Assembly: GCA_951406725.2 (NCBI GenBank)
Contig: OX597814.1
Span: forward strand, 29,388,001-29,452,000
Length of the DNA stretch: 64,000 nt
Source of the DNA: Octopus vulgaris
Lineage: Eukaryota
Reading direction: 5' to 3'
The position numbers were made by a program, and so were the translations under genes. How positions within the stretch are numbered: position 1 is the stretch's first letter; the number at the start of each line of letters is the position of its first letter. The notes under the pieces are model-generated. The model was not told the origin of the DNA. It did not search any database and saw only the letters and a list, made by a program, of their open reading frames with translations. Positions 40,498 to 53,846 of the stretch are shown piece after piece.

Positions 40498-40867
40498 GTG
40501 GAGGCGCAATGGCCCAGTGGTTAGGGCAGCGGACTCGCGGTTTCGATTCCCAGACCAGGCGTTGTGAGTGTTTATTGAGCGAAAACACCTAAAGCTCCAC
40601 GAGGCTCCGGCTGGGGATGGTGGTGATCCCTGCTGTACTCTTTCACCACAACTTTCTCTCACTCTTACTTCCTGTTTCTGTTGTACCTGTATTTCAAAGA
40701 GCCGGCCTTGTCACTCTCTGTGTCACGCTGAATATCCCCGAGAACTACGTTAAGGGTACACGTGTCTGTGGAGTACTCAGCCACTTACACGTTAATTTCA
40801 CGAGCAGGCTGTTCCGTTGATTCGGATCAACCGGGACCCTCATCGTCGTAACCGACAGAGTGCTTCC
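40498..40867 (+). mobile_element. SINE family C copy
   Basis: Matches 22148-22538. Confidence 0.88.
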
Positions 40868-41336
40868 CTAAGATTGTAATAATTATTTTTAACAAAACAG
40901 AATATGGATGGTAAATCAAATTAATATGATATACAGGCTGGAAGAGATAGATCACTGCCCGGTACCGATACTTCAAGGTTTTGTTTCGTTCGGCTACGGA
41001 AGCAGTGACCCTCCTATTTACCGCAGCACCAGGATGTGGGAAGGAGCAAAGGAGTCACAGACTGTGGCGTTCCAGATGAGGCACCGAAATGTGGCGAGCT
41101 GGCAGAAACGTTAGCACGCCGGGCGAAATGCGTAGCCGTATTTCGTCTGCTGTTAGGTTCTGAGTTTAAATTTTGCCGAGGTCGACTTTGTCTTTCATCC
41201 TTTCGGGGTCGATAAATTAAGTACCAGTTACGCACTGGGGTCGATATAATCGACTTAATCCCTTTGTCTGTCCCCTCTGTGTTTAGTCCCTTGTGGGTAG
41301 TAAAGAAATAAGAAACGTTAGCACGCCAGGCGAAAT

Positions 41337-41607
41337 GACTTCAGGAAACATTTTTTCACGCTGAGAGTTGCTGAAGCGTGGAACAAACTGCCGGCATCGG
41401 TTGTTAGTTGTCGGAGCACTGCATCCTTCAAGACTTCCATGCTTCCTGAGATTCGCCAACACTACACTTGATTTTTTCCCCTCCATACACACACAAGCAT
41501 GTTCACTTTCCAGACATTTGTACATTACTGCATGTACTTTATATGCACTTTCTGACAAGTTGTGGTGCACCTGAGCACTGTATACAATAATTTCATTATT
41601 ATTATTA
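41337..41607 (+). mobile_element. CR1/L2-type LINE 3' end inserted in SINE B
   Basis: Encodes RKHFFTLRVAEAWNKLPASVVSCRSTASFK..stop with an (ATT)n tail. Copies at 47034-47370 (-) and 51030-51283 (-). Confidence 0.85.
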
Positions 41608-42846
41608 AATGCTTAGCGGTATTTCGTCTTTCTTTACGTTCTGAGTGCAAATTCCGCCGAGATCGACTTTGCCTTTCATCCTTTCGGGGTCGATAAATTA
41701 AGTACCAGTTGCATACTGGGGTCGATCTAATCGACTGGCCCCCTCCCCCAAAATTTCAGGCCTTGTACCTAGATTAGAAAACACGAGGCACCGACATCTT
41801 ACCTAGGGACAGAGAGTAAGACCATCTGGTCTATTTCCATCACTTCTGGATAATCCTACCGGCTCCAGAACTGAGGGGATATTAATCAGAGCTAGAGCTG
41901 GCTTAATGATTAGATTTAGCTCGGTGTGACGAGCAAAACGACCAGCATTTAGACGGCAAGACGATAGTTATGCTGCGAGCGTGCTGGCATGCTTCAGTAG
42001 GTTCCATTGCATCTTGTGGTGTGCGACAAATTGAAGCATCTGGTGCTGCATTGTTTTCTCTTTCTTTCCTCTCCCCCTTTTCTTTGTCTTTCTTTTATAA
42101 AAACTTATATGATAGAAGAATCATGACTATTGTTTAAGGTTTGTATCTTAATGTGGTTTTGTATTATTCATATATATACGTGTTATATATGTAATAAAAT
42201 TTTTTGTCTGGCTTCCAACAACAAAAAATGAATACGCTCGTCTATCTTGGGAAGTGAATCCTAACGTTTGGCATACTCGCCAATAATTAGAATTGACGGC
42301 AAAGTTTATCAATTTGAATATATTATCTGCCAAATTTTCCAACGTAGAACACTAGCTTACATTGACTCTGGTTTTTATTGTTAGATATGAATAGGTAAGC
42401 AAGATACGTCATAATATTTGCTTCCGGTAACTAAAGTCTAAATTTCAACTCCAGATTGAAGCTAGTTTGAACTTATGTATACAGTGTTCAGGCGCACCAC
42501 AACTTTCCAAAAGTGCGTATAAAGCATATGCAGTAATGTACAACTTCTGCTACCATTTCTGTGAACTTTTTTTTAATCAATTTCTGCCGTTAAAAATCTT
42601 TAAAATGTTCCAGTATCATTACACTCATGTTCCATTCCACAAAGAAATATTCCTCGTTTCATGGTAACCTAGCGAAAGCAATGTAGAAACAACTACAGTA
42701 GGGCTTCACTATAACATAACTTGTCCTAAGCAGACATGGCTATAAGGTTGTTACAAAGCTCTATTAGCAACCCCCCCCCCCCCCCCCGTGGTTTTTGTTT
42801 CGATCCAACACACGTCACCTTGAGTAAGCATTTACCACGACTTCGA

Positions 42847-43063
42847 AGGCGGCTAGCTGGCAGAAACGTTAGCATACCGGGTGAAATGCGTAGCCGTATT
42901 TCGTCTGCTGATACGTTCTGAGTTCAAATTCCGCCGAGGTCGACTTTGCCTTTCATCCTTTCGGGGTCGATTAAATAAGTACCAGTTACGCACTGGAGTC
43001 GATATAATCGACTTAATCCGTTTGTCCCCTCTGTGTTTAACCCCTTGTGGATAGTAAAGAAAT
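42847..43063 (+). mobile_element. SINE family B copy
   Basis: Matches 18225-18455. Confidence 0.85.
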
Positions 43064-43175
43064 AGACTTCGAATTGATCAATAACTTGTGAATGGAATTT
43101 AGTAGGCAAACTGAGACGTCTGAACAGTGGAAAGAGTTTTAAAAAAAGGTTGGAGTAATCTCCCCTTAAAAGTGT

Positions 43176-43223
43176 ACCGGAAGTGTATTACACCGTGTGT
43201 TGTCCTGTGGAAAACACGTGTAG
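43176..43223 (+). promoter_or_regulatory. ETS/GABP motif ACCGGAAGTG and putative WDR46 non-coding first exon ending at donor tag|gtaaat
   Basis: Motif at 43176-43185 and donor at 43224, typical of housekeeping promoters. Function is inferred. Confidence 0.5.
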
Positions 43224-44524
43224 GTAAATTATCTTCTTGTTTAAATTTTCATATCTTTCATAAGTCAGTCCAGATTTTATAACATGCATCAGATTTTGAA
43301 TTCTTGCTTCTAAACACTATTACTGATCAGTAATTTATATGAAAGACCTTTCAATTCTAATCGTTTTCCTGTCACGAATCTAATATTTCGTTCAGTGTTA
43401 AACGGCAATTCAATTTTTCACCGATCATATATAACACTTCTATCATATAATTCCGTAATACAAAAAATAATTTTTAAAAATTTGGTCAGTGTATTGTTGT
43501 ATCATTTCGTATTATCTGAACTATAGAGGTTAAATAGCTTAAAAAGTTGTAATAAAATAATTCATATCTAATGTTAATGTGTCGCTTAAAATATCTGTTC
43601 TGGTCAGGAAATACTGATATAAACAGATATTCATTTTTTTTAAAATAATGAATAGTGAATAAGTCTTACACGACACCCTAGATACGAATAGAATTAAAAG
43701 GACAATGTACAATGATGATATAAAAGACGTCTGGATATATTTAGACGTACCCCAATTTCAGCCACATGTATTCAGGGCAAAAAAATTAATACTTTAAATC
43801 TTATGGGGTATCCAACTTCGCATAAAGAACCCAGGGAGACTTTTTTTTTTATTACATCTAGTATGCCATCAAATATGGTAATATTAATCATTTAACTTCA
43901 CGATTTGGATTCCTCTCAGAAGTTTGATATTCGATCCGAAGTTTTCACGGATAAAACAAAAATTCACGAATATTTTCCAGTAAAGTTAGAAATTACTAAA
44001 TTAATTATATGTATCATTAACTTTGGCATATATATATATATATAACAGTGCGGGTAATAAAATGATAACCAGTAGTGTTTTTGTTTCTTTTGATAGCTTT
44101 GGCATAGGGAAACTTTCGTATGAATTCTCTGTAATCCAAAGTACCAACGTATAACATCTGTGGATTACGTTAAGTATTCAGTGTGTGAGTTATACTCAAC
44201 CACTTTGCAATGCAATCAAATAATCAATAAAGTTGAGAGTTCCAGTATCGATATAGGATATATTTACAGTAGAACTGCATAAAAATATTTACACATGATA
44301 TATTCCTCATTCTGTATTTAATTTCACGCAAAAATGCCATTTTTTTTTCAACAAAAACAAAAGAATTACTTTCTTTTAAATTTCAATAGAGCTCTCATAT
44401 TCTAATCTATCTATTTCTTCAAGTTTATGAAATGGAATGTAGATAGATAGTTAGAGACGAATAGACAGATGTGTGCACAGTTTTAAAATATATATTTACT
44501 TTTTTTTTTTTTATCTTCAGCAAA

Positions 44525-44680
44525 ATGGATCCCACGGAAGAAAAGTCACCAAAGAAAGGTTCTAACGAAATAAATTATGAAAAATTGCCTACTGTGGATT
44601 CTAGTAATGTACAAATTTTTGAAATTCAACCAAACACATCTGTACAAAATTCCAGGAATAGAGTGTCTGGGAGGAAAAAA
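44525..44680 (+). CDS. WDR46: WDR46/UTP7 first coding exon (MDPTEEK..SGRKK)
   Basis: Acceptor ttcag at 44520, ATG at 44525, and a phase-0 donor gtatgt matching the next exon. Low-conservation N-terminus. Confidence 0.75.
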
Positions 44681-45024
44681 GTATGTTTATTTATATGCAG
44701 TATCATTGTGTGATGTTAATTATATGGAAAATATGTTGTGATTCTTTATGTAAATTATATTAGACAAAAAGAACCACACTATTTATTTAAAATATGACGA
44801 TCCATTTATGCAATAGAAGCAGTATTAAATTAAGATAGCCATCAATGTATCATATTTAATATAAATACATAATTGAAAAGCAATTTACTGCAGTATTTGT
44901 CCAGAGGTATCTTCTCTTCAGGATGTATTCTGTTTAAAAGCAGCATGTCCATAAGAGATATAATCTCTGGAAAAATACTACAATAAATTGCCTTTCACCA
45001 ATGTATTTACATTCTCTTTACTCC

Positions 45025-45427
45025 CTCTCTCTTTTACTTGTTTCAGTCATTTGACTGCGGCCATGCTGAAGCACCGCCTTTAATCGAGCAACTCGACCCC
45101 GGGTCTTATTCTTTGTAAGCCCAGTACGTATTCTATCGGTCTCTTTTTGCCGAACCGCTAAGTGACGGGGACATAAACACACCAGCATCAGTTGTCAAGC
45201 AATGCTAAGGGGACAAACACAGACACACAAACATACACACACACACATATATATACATATATACGACGGGCTTCTTTCAGTTTCTGTCTACCAAATCCAC
45301 TCACAAGGCTTTGGTCAGCCCAAGGCTATAGTGGAAGACACTTGCCCAAGGTGCCACGCAGTGGGACTGAACCCGGAACCATGTGATTGGTAAGCAAGCT
45401 ACTTACCACACAGCCACTCCTGCACCT
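45025..45427 (-). mobile_element. SINE family A copy
   Basis: Matches the other copies. Confidence 0.9.
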
Positions 45428-47966
45428 ACATTAAGTATGATATATTGATGGTTATTTTAAAATATAGCAGTTCAAGTTTCTACTTATCATAAGTGATGTA
45501 CATTCCAGCACAGTATAGCATTTGGATTTAATAATGTTACTGGTCCGGCTGATGATTTTGTGTGTGTTTCTCAGGCTTCTAGACTGAGCATGAGAGATAT
45601 TGATTATAGGATGATTGTATATAAGACTGGAGCCTGGTGCAGCCTTCTGGCTTCCCAGATCCTCGGTCGAACCATCCAACCCATGCTAGCAAGGAGAACG
45701 GACGTTAAACGATGATGATGTATATGGAGTGACTGGGAATGTGATGTCAGACCTTGCTGCCACAACAAACTGTTTCCTCCAATGTCACATTTAGACTTGG
45801 TGTGACCTAAAGCTATATAGTAAAGGGACGTGGCTTTAGGGTGTTGGACTCGTGATCATAAGATTGTGGTTTCAATTCCTGGACTGGGCAATGCATTGTG
45901 TTCTTGAGCAAAACACTTCATTTCACATTGCTCCAGTTCACTCGGCTGGCAAAAATGAGTAATCTTGTGATGGTCTGGTGTCCTGCCCAGGTGGGGAATT
46001 TATATGTTTTTACATCTATGAATATCAACTTTATAGAATGAGTACTAAGCTTACAAGGAGAAAGTCAATTTGCTCGGCTAAAGACGGTGCTCCAGCATAG
46101 CCACAGTCAAATATTCTTTATGTAAAGAACTAGGTAACATTTCTCACAGCTCTCTTATAACCATTTTAATTAGAATTACACTTTTTTGGAAAAGAATGAA
46201 ACATTATCTTAATGACTAACTCTGGTCAAGAAAGGTAGGGGATACAACCCATGGAATTTATAGGCCATGGAAACCATGAGTCAGCATGACACAAGAAAGT
46301 AACCTTTACCTGCAGCTATATAAAGCTTAGAGACAGAGCACTTGTTAAAAATTTACACCAAACAGTTTCACAAAAATGTGTGAAACATACATTCCTTTCA
46401 TTCTATTTTCTTAAATCTAATACAGTGTCCTTTGCACATGCAGCTTCTCTTTTGGTTTTCAGCTGTTAGTTTTCGCTTATATAAAAAAAAAATAATGAAC
46501 ATCGTCCTTCTTATATTATCATACTTATATTAACCATTTGGCGATATGCTGTGCTTGATAAGATCCATCAAGCCAAGTGAATTTATAGTCGTGGCTGATG
46601 CTGGTAAAGCACCTTTCAAGTGTTGGGCCTTATGGAGGTAAAGTGGCTAAGCTCCTTTTGAATGTTGAGCCTCATGGAGGCAATGACAGATCTTTGGTAT
46701 TTTGTCATGCTTGAGAAGAAGACTCATCAAGCCAAAATTGCAGTTGTGGAAGATACTGGTGTCATGCAAACGGCTCCTATGCCAGTGGCACATAAAGGTA
46801 CCCATTACACTCTTGGAGTGGTTGGCATTAGGAAGGGCATCCCACCATAGACAGTGCAGCCAGCCCTGGTCAAGCCCTCCAACTTATACCAGCATAGACA
46901 ACAAATGTTAAATGATGATGTATATAATAAGTCTGTTTATTAAACCCTTTAAAAAAAATCATATCTATAGAATTATGTTTAATGTAACTTGTTTTTGCAT
47001 TTTTGCAATATTTCATAATTAAACTTTAATATTTAATAATAATAATAATGAAATTATTGTATACAGTGCTCAGGTGCACCACAACTTGTCAGAAAGTGCA
47101 TATAAAGTACATGCAGTAATGTACAAATGTCTGGAAAGCGAACAATGTATGAGTCAGATACATGCTTGTGTGTGTATGGAGAGGAGAAAATCAGGTGTAG
47201 TGTTGGCGAATCTCAGAAAGCATGGAAGTTTTGAAGGATGCAGTGCTTCGACAACTAACAACTGATGCCGGCAGTTTGTTCCATGCTTCAGCAACTCTCA
47301 GCGTGAAAAAAATGTTTCCTAAAGTCATGGGAGCTGTGCTGTTTTCTGACTTTGTAAATATGTCCACGGGTGGAGATATTTAGCACCTATCTTATTTAAA
47401 TGTCCTTGAAACTATGTCAAAGGTACAGAATAAAGTATTTTCCCAAATTATGAAAATGTGCCACTGGTGGTGCATATGGCAGTTGTGTAAAGCTTGTGAT
47501 AAACCACTGGTAGTATATGTGGTGGTTATTGTGTTAAATAGCCATTTAAAAGAATTAACCCCTATTAGGGACATAACACATCCCTTTTGAATATAAAATT
47601 TATGTGAATGTAACAAAAATTTTCTTGTAAAAAATTGAAAAATTTATCTCTTTCAAATTTATTAAAGAAATATGTCTGTAGAATAAGGCCTAAGTCAGAA
47701 ATCTAAATCTAAAATTTACTAACATTTTACCTCTTGCAAGTCCTCCTTCATAGAAGCCTTTAGATCTGATTTAATTACTTTTAGTACAGAAAACAGTCCA
47801 ATTAGTACCTGTGAATTTTGAATTTTGAATGCATTATGTTAAAATTTGCATACATGTAATTAGAGCTGTGTCGGTACATTTATTATTAACCTTGACTCCA
47901 CACCCCTGCTACTATTGGACAATAACTGGTGGAACTATTAATAAGATTATTTATTCTTCCTTTCAG

Positions 47967-48044
47967 GATCCATATGAAGGACGTGTTCCTGTTGATAAGA
48001 AAGAGTTGAAAAAATATAAACGAGGAAATGCTACAAAAGATGTG
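47967..48044 (+). CDS. WDR46: WDR46 exon (DPYEGRVPVDKKELKKYKRGNATKDV)
   Basis: Resembles WDR46 DPFPGPAPV..KF.R. AG/GT in phase. Confidence 0.88.
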
Positions 48045-49573
48045 GTGAGTATTTCTGGTAACTTTAATGATTTCCTAATTCACCAGGAAGCTTTTGTTAA
48101 GTAGAGTTGAGAGTCTTGACTTGAAGGACACAAGGTAACATCTGTAATAAAATGGTCTGTGCACCTGATTATTTTACTTCTCATTTACTGCTATTTTGTA
48201 TCAGTTATATCAACTCTTTCTTAATTATCTCACATCATTATCTCACAGTCAACTCGGTGACTGGCATCTGCTGCTAGTGGATCGCTAAGAGTACCATACG
48301 AGTGAGATCGTTGCCTGGGCAACAAGCTGGCCATCATGCCGATGGCACGTTAAACACACCATTCGAGCGTGACCATTACCACATCACCTTACTAGCACTT
48401 GTGCTGGTGGCATGTGAAATATTCGAGCGAGGTCGTCGCCAGTGCAGGTGGCACATAAAAAGCACCATTTGGGCATGGCTGTTGCCAGTTCCACCAAACT
48501 GGCCCTCGTGCCGGTGACACGTAAAAGCACCCACTACACGCTTGGAGTGGTTGGCATTAGGAAGGGCATCCAGCTGTAGAAACTCTGCCAGATCAGATTG
48601 GAGTTTGGTTCACCAGACCTCAGTCAAATCGTCCAACCCATGCTAGCATGGAAAGCGGATGTTAAATGATGATGATGATGATCATCATCATCATCATCAC
48701 ACATTTAAAAAAATTTATCAGTAATGGCTGTGTAGTAAGAAGCTTGCTTCCCAACCACATGGTTCCAGGTTCAGTCCCACTATGTGGCATGCTGGGCAAG
48801 TGTCTTCTACTATATCTTTAGGTTGACCAAAGCCTTGTGAGTGGATTTGGTAGATGGAAACTGAAAGAAGCTTGTTGTGTGTGTGCATGCGCGCATCTTT
48901 GTGTCTGCTTTTGTCCCCACCCACCACCACCACTTGACGATTGGTGCTGGTGTGTTTATGTCCCCGTAATTTAGCAGTTTGACAAAAGAGACTGATAGAA
49001 TAAGTACCAGGCTTAAATAATAAATACTGGAATCCATTTGACTAGGAAAAAAATTAGAAACTTCTCCATGGCGGTGCCCCAGCTTGGCTGCAGTCTGATG
49101 ATTGAAACAAGTAAAAGATAGAAAATAATGAAAATTTCTTTGTTCTGTGCATGTTTAACTCTACTGTTCACAACTACAAGTTATAGAACAACTAGAATTC
49201 TCAATTTGTGGTATCATTTCCTATAGTAGAAAAAAAATTTTGCATTTGCAATTTATAAAGTAGAAAAAGCACCCACTACACCCTTGGAGTGGTTGGTGTT
49301 AGGAAGGGCATCCAGCTGTAGAAACTCTGCCAGATCAAGATTGGAGCCTGGTGCAGCCATCTGGTTCGCCAGCCCTCAGTCAAAATCGTCCAACCCATGC
49401 TAGTATGGAAAGCGGACGTTAAACATTTCAAACTCTTTAATATTTTCTTATTCTATCGGTCTCTTTTGCTGAACCGCTAAGTTACGGGGACGTAAACACA
49501 CCAGCATCAGTTGTCAAGCGATGTTGGGGGGACAAGCGCAGACACAAACCACAAACATATACACACACATCAT

Positions 49574-49608
<35 letters not shown>

Positions 49609-50460
49609 CATCATCATCGTTTAACGTCCGCCTTCCATGCTAACATGGGTTTGATGATTTTGACTGAAGGCTGGCGAACCAGACGGCCGCACCAGGCTCC
49701 AATCTTGATCTGGCAGATTGATATATACATATACATACGACGGGCTTCTTTCAGTTTCCGTCTACCAAATCCACTCACAAGGCTTTGGTTGGCCCGAGGC
49801 TATAGTAGAAGACACTTGCCCAAGGTACCATCCAGTGGGACTGAACCCGGAACCATGTAGTCCGTAAGCAAGCTACTTACCACTCAGCCACTCCTACACC
49901 TAATGTGAGAGTTACCTTTCATTCTTTTTTAACTTTCAGTATAATCTTACTCTATTTTAATTTCCATCATCTCTTCAAGATCTATATTAAAGTCACCCTC
50001 AATTCCTCTTGTAGATCATCATCATCATCATCATTTAGTGTCTGCTTTCCATGCTAGCATGGGTTGGACGGTTCAACTGGGGTCTGGGAAGCCAGAAGGC
50101 TGCATCAGGCCCAGTCTGATCTGGCAGTGTTTCTACGGCTGGATGCCCTTCCTAACGCCAACCACTCCGTGAGTGTAATGGGTGCTTTTTACGTGCCACC
50201 CGCACAGGTGCCAGACAGAGCTGGCAAACGGCCACGGACGGATGGTGCTTTTTACATGGCAACGGCCATGAACGGATGGATCTTACGAACGATCCATCTT
50301 AAAATTACATCACCCTCTCTCAATCATGTCATCGATTCTCAGAGATCCATATTAAAATAACATCAAATCTTTTTCATGTGAGAAATGTTATGTGTGAATA
50401 CTTTTTTTCAGTTATGACAATGAATATCTCCTGATATAAAATTGTTTTTTCTCTATACAG

Positions 50461-50573
50461 AAAAATTTCAAAACCAAATATCACAGGGATTGCTATATAA
50501 GTAAAAAACGGAAGAATCAATTTGCTATTGAACAGTCTGCTCGGAGTGAACTCTTGTTACAAGACACAGTTGG
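50461..50573 (+). CDS. WDR46: WDR46 exon (..EQSARSELLLQDTVG)
   Basis: ARSELLL motif of WDR46/Utp7. AG/GT in phase. Confidence 0.92.
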
Positions 50574-50584
50574 GTAATATAAAA

Positions 50585-51683
50585 CTAATGATTTTCTAAT
50601 TTTTTTGTGTTTTTATAGTCGTTTTGGTTACTCAACATAATTATATACTTTTGTGCTTCTGTATTTATTCTGTTTGCTGCAAAACTTGCTTCTAATTGAA
50701 CAAACCAGATAAGGGTATCTCCCATCCAAGTAGGAAGCAAAACTGTCATAGAAGCTTGCATATATCCTCTATCAAAATAAGACATTTCAAACACTTTAAT
50801 ATTTTCTTCCATTCAAATATATTATAATTTTCAAAAAGAAAATTTTGCTCTATTAAAATGATGCTTTCAACAGCTATGAAATATAATATTAATATGCTAG
50901 AAAGAGCAGTTAAAACTTCTTATAACTATTGTTTATTTCTTCAGCATTCTTTTTCCTTCAACTTAAAATTTTGTGTAATGAAACTGTCATCTATTTTCTC
51001 TCTTTACTCTTTTACTTGTTTCAGTCATTTAATAATAATAATAATAATAATAATGAAATTATTGTATACTGTGCTCAGGTGCACCACAACTTGTCAGAAA
51101 GTGCATATAAAGTACATGCAGCAATGTAGAAATGTCTGGAAAGTGAACATGCTTGTGTGTGTATGGAGGGGAGAAAATCAAGTGTAGTGTTGGCGAATCT
51201 CAGGAAGCATGGAAGTTTTGAAGGATGCAGTGCTCCGACAACTAACAACCGATGCCGGCAGTTTGTTCCACGCTTCAGCAACTTTGACTGCGGCCATGCT
51301 GGAGCACCGCCTTTAATCGAGCAAATCGACTCCGGGACTTATTCTTTTGTAAGCCCAGTACTTATTCTATCGGTCTCTTTTGCCGAACCGCTAAGTGACG
51401 GGGACATAAACACACCAGCTGAAAATTTTTTATATTTTTCACAAGTGTCAATACTTTTATGATGTGGTGGTTTATCTACGTGATCACGTTGGGAGTTCAC
51501 CACTTTTTTATAGTCAGATTGGTTGCTTAATATAATGTTATACTTTTGTGCCTCTGTTGTTTCTCTGTTTGCTGTAAAATTTGCTTCTAATTGAGCAAAC
51601 AAGATAAGGGTGTCTCCCATCCAAGCAGGAGGCAAAACTGTCACAGAAGCTTGCAGTGTTTTGCAATTGGTGAAGAGTAGCAT
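50585..51683 (-). pseudogene. Two tandem copies of a Gypsy gag N-terminal-like domain (LP.W.GD...WF.QLEA.F....T...KY), antisense in a WDR46 intron
   Basis: ORFs 50585-50812 and 51339-51683 share ~50 aa without indels and are separated by SINE/LINE insertions. Confidence 0.55.
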
Positions 51684-52304
51684 GTTATGTGTGTTTATAT
51701 TTCATTTTTTATTCATATACAGTGTATCTAGGGCTACATTATCGTATGTGTCCTTGAGTTAGGAGTAATTTGTGGAATGATTTGGCTGCTATATTTAGTA
51801 GGTAGAGACTCCTTCATTGCCTTGTGTTATTTTTTATTGGTTTATATTGTGACCCTGGAGAAAGATGAGCGTCTCCAGGCTAAAAATGCCCCAGGTAACG
51901 GTATCATAACAGCATCCTTACAACTCCATCGGGAGTTGAGGGCAAAAGGAAAGAAGGAAATGTGGTACAGATAAATCCACTACCAATTTGTTTTATTCTT
52001 TACATTACTTTCAAATGTCTGAGGTGATGGTCATGTTTTTACATCCATGAAACTTTGAGGAACATGATGAGCTAAGCCAACCTGATACTCAGTATATACT
52101 GAATACACACAAGATAGATAATTAGAAAGACATAAAAAATAGGTTGTTGTAATTATTAGTGAAGATTGATGTAGCTATTAATATAGTTTATTCTCTCATG
52201 GTGATTATATGGCAGAAGATAGTATATGTTGGTTGTGTTGTATTATACAGAGTAAAAAAGTTAGCTAAGTTATGATAGCAATGACGAAAATTATTTTTTT
52301 CCAG

Positions 52305-52374
52305 ATCAAGTGATATACGACTAATAGACCAAGACTCTATTGCAGCATCAGTTGATATTACAAGTGCCACTAAG
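52305..52374 (+). CDS. WDR46: WDR46 exon (SSDIRLIDQDSIAASVDITSATK)
   Basis: Q..I...VDI.SA.K motif. AG/GT in phase. Confidence 0.9.
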
Positions 52375-53224
52375 GTTGGTATATTTGTATTTATTTATGA
52401 ATGAGAAAAGTTGGAGTAAAATGTCTGTTTGAGATGATACGCTATAAGACTTAGGTTGTAGTATCATATTTTAACTAAGGCATATCCCTATGTCTCTTAT
52501 CAAAAAAGTTTCATCCTAACTGTAAGAAAACCCCTAAGTTTAACCCTGTCATATCAATTAATTTTGAAAACCATGGTCTGATAACTTTGCTGGGAAGTTC
52601 CATCCAATCTTGGCTGTTTATTTTAAGCAAGTTCTCAGTGTTCACAAGACAAGTTTGACAAACTTAGAGAAATACAATGTGAGTGCAAAAATTATAGATG
52701 TGGTTTCTAATGTCATAAAAATATTTATTCTGATTAGAATAAGATCTTTGAAGCATTCACTGTGATGACATCAGCTTGAGCTACCCAAGGGTAAACAGTC
52801 TTGAGGGTTTCACTACCAACATGTTGTTTGAGGCATTTGAAGAAAAGCTTCATCCAGTGCAAGTGGTTGGCAATAGGAAAAGCATCCAACCATAGAAAAC
52901 ATGTCAAAAAGAGTATGTACATATGGGAGGTGGTCCCTAAACGCTCAAAGGACTGTAACCCCATATCAGTAATGGTTCTGTCCATTATAAGCTGTCCAAT
53001 CCATGCTAGTATAGCAAAGCTGATTGCTCCTGCTAATAGTGGTAAATAGTAGTAGGTTTTTGTCTATGAATATCAACTTTGTTATTTAATTTTTTTCTTT
53101 CTTGTTTTGAAGTGAAAGAATAAAATAAATCAACTCTATCCTGTGAAACTCTAATTAAAATTATTCGGATTTTTTTTTTTTTTATCATTGTGAAGTCTTA
53201 CAAAGACATTATTAATTACAATAT

Positions 53225-53631
53225 TTACTCTTTTACTTGTTTCAGTCATTTGACTGCGGCCATGCTGGAGCACCGCCTTTAGTCGAGCAAATCGACCCCG
53301 GGACTTATTCTTTGTAAGCCCAGTACTTATTCTTTCGGTCTCTTTTGCCGAACCGCTAAGTGACGGGGACATAAACACACCAGCATCGGTTGTCAAGCAA
53401 TGCTAGGGGGACAAACACAGACACACAAACATATACACACACACACTTATATATATATACATATATACGACAGGCTTCTTTCAGTTTCCGTCTACTAAAT
53501 CTGCTCACAAGGCATTGGTCGGCCCGGGGCTATAGCAGAAGACACTTGCCCAAGATGCCACGCAGTGGGACTGAACCCGGAACCATGTGGTTGGTTAGCA
53601 AGCTACTTACCACACAGCCACTCCTGCGCCT
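53225..53631 (-). mobile_element. SINE family A copy
   Basis: Matches the other copies. Confidence 0.9.
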
Positions 53632-53846
53632 ATTTGCTCCATTATTTACAGTCATTAACCTACTTCATCTCCATCATTTACAACCCTCACTTCCTTTATT
53701 TTCAGTGTATCTCTACATTGTGTTTCGTAATTTCCGATGTATCACCACCTTCTTCTCTGTCATCTATTTTTATCTTTCCTCTAATCTCTTTTATCCTCCA
53801 CTCCCTACACAACATTTCCTATATATAACAACTTCCTATGTATATA

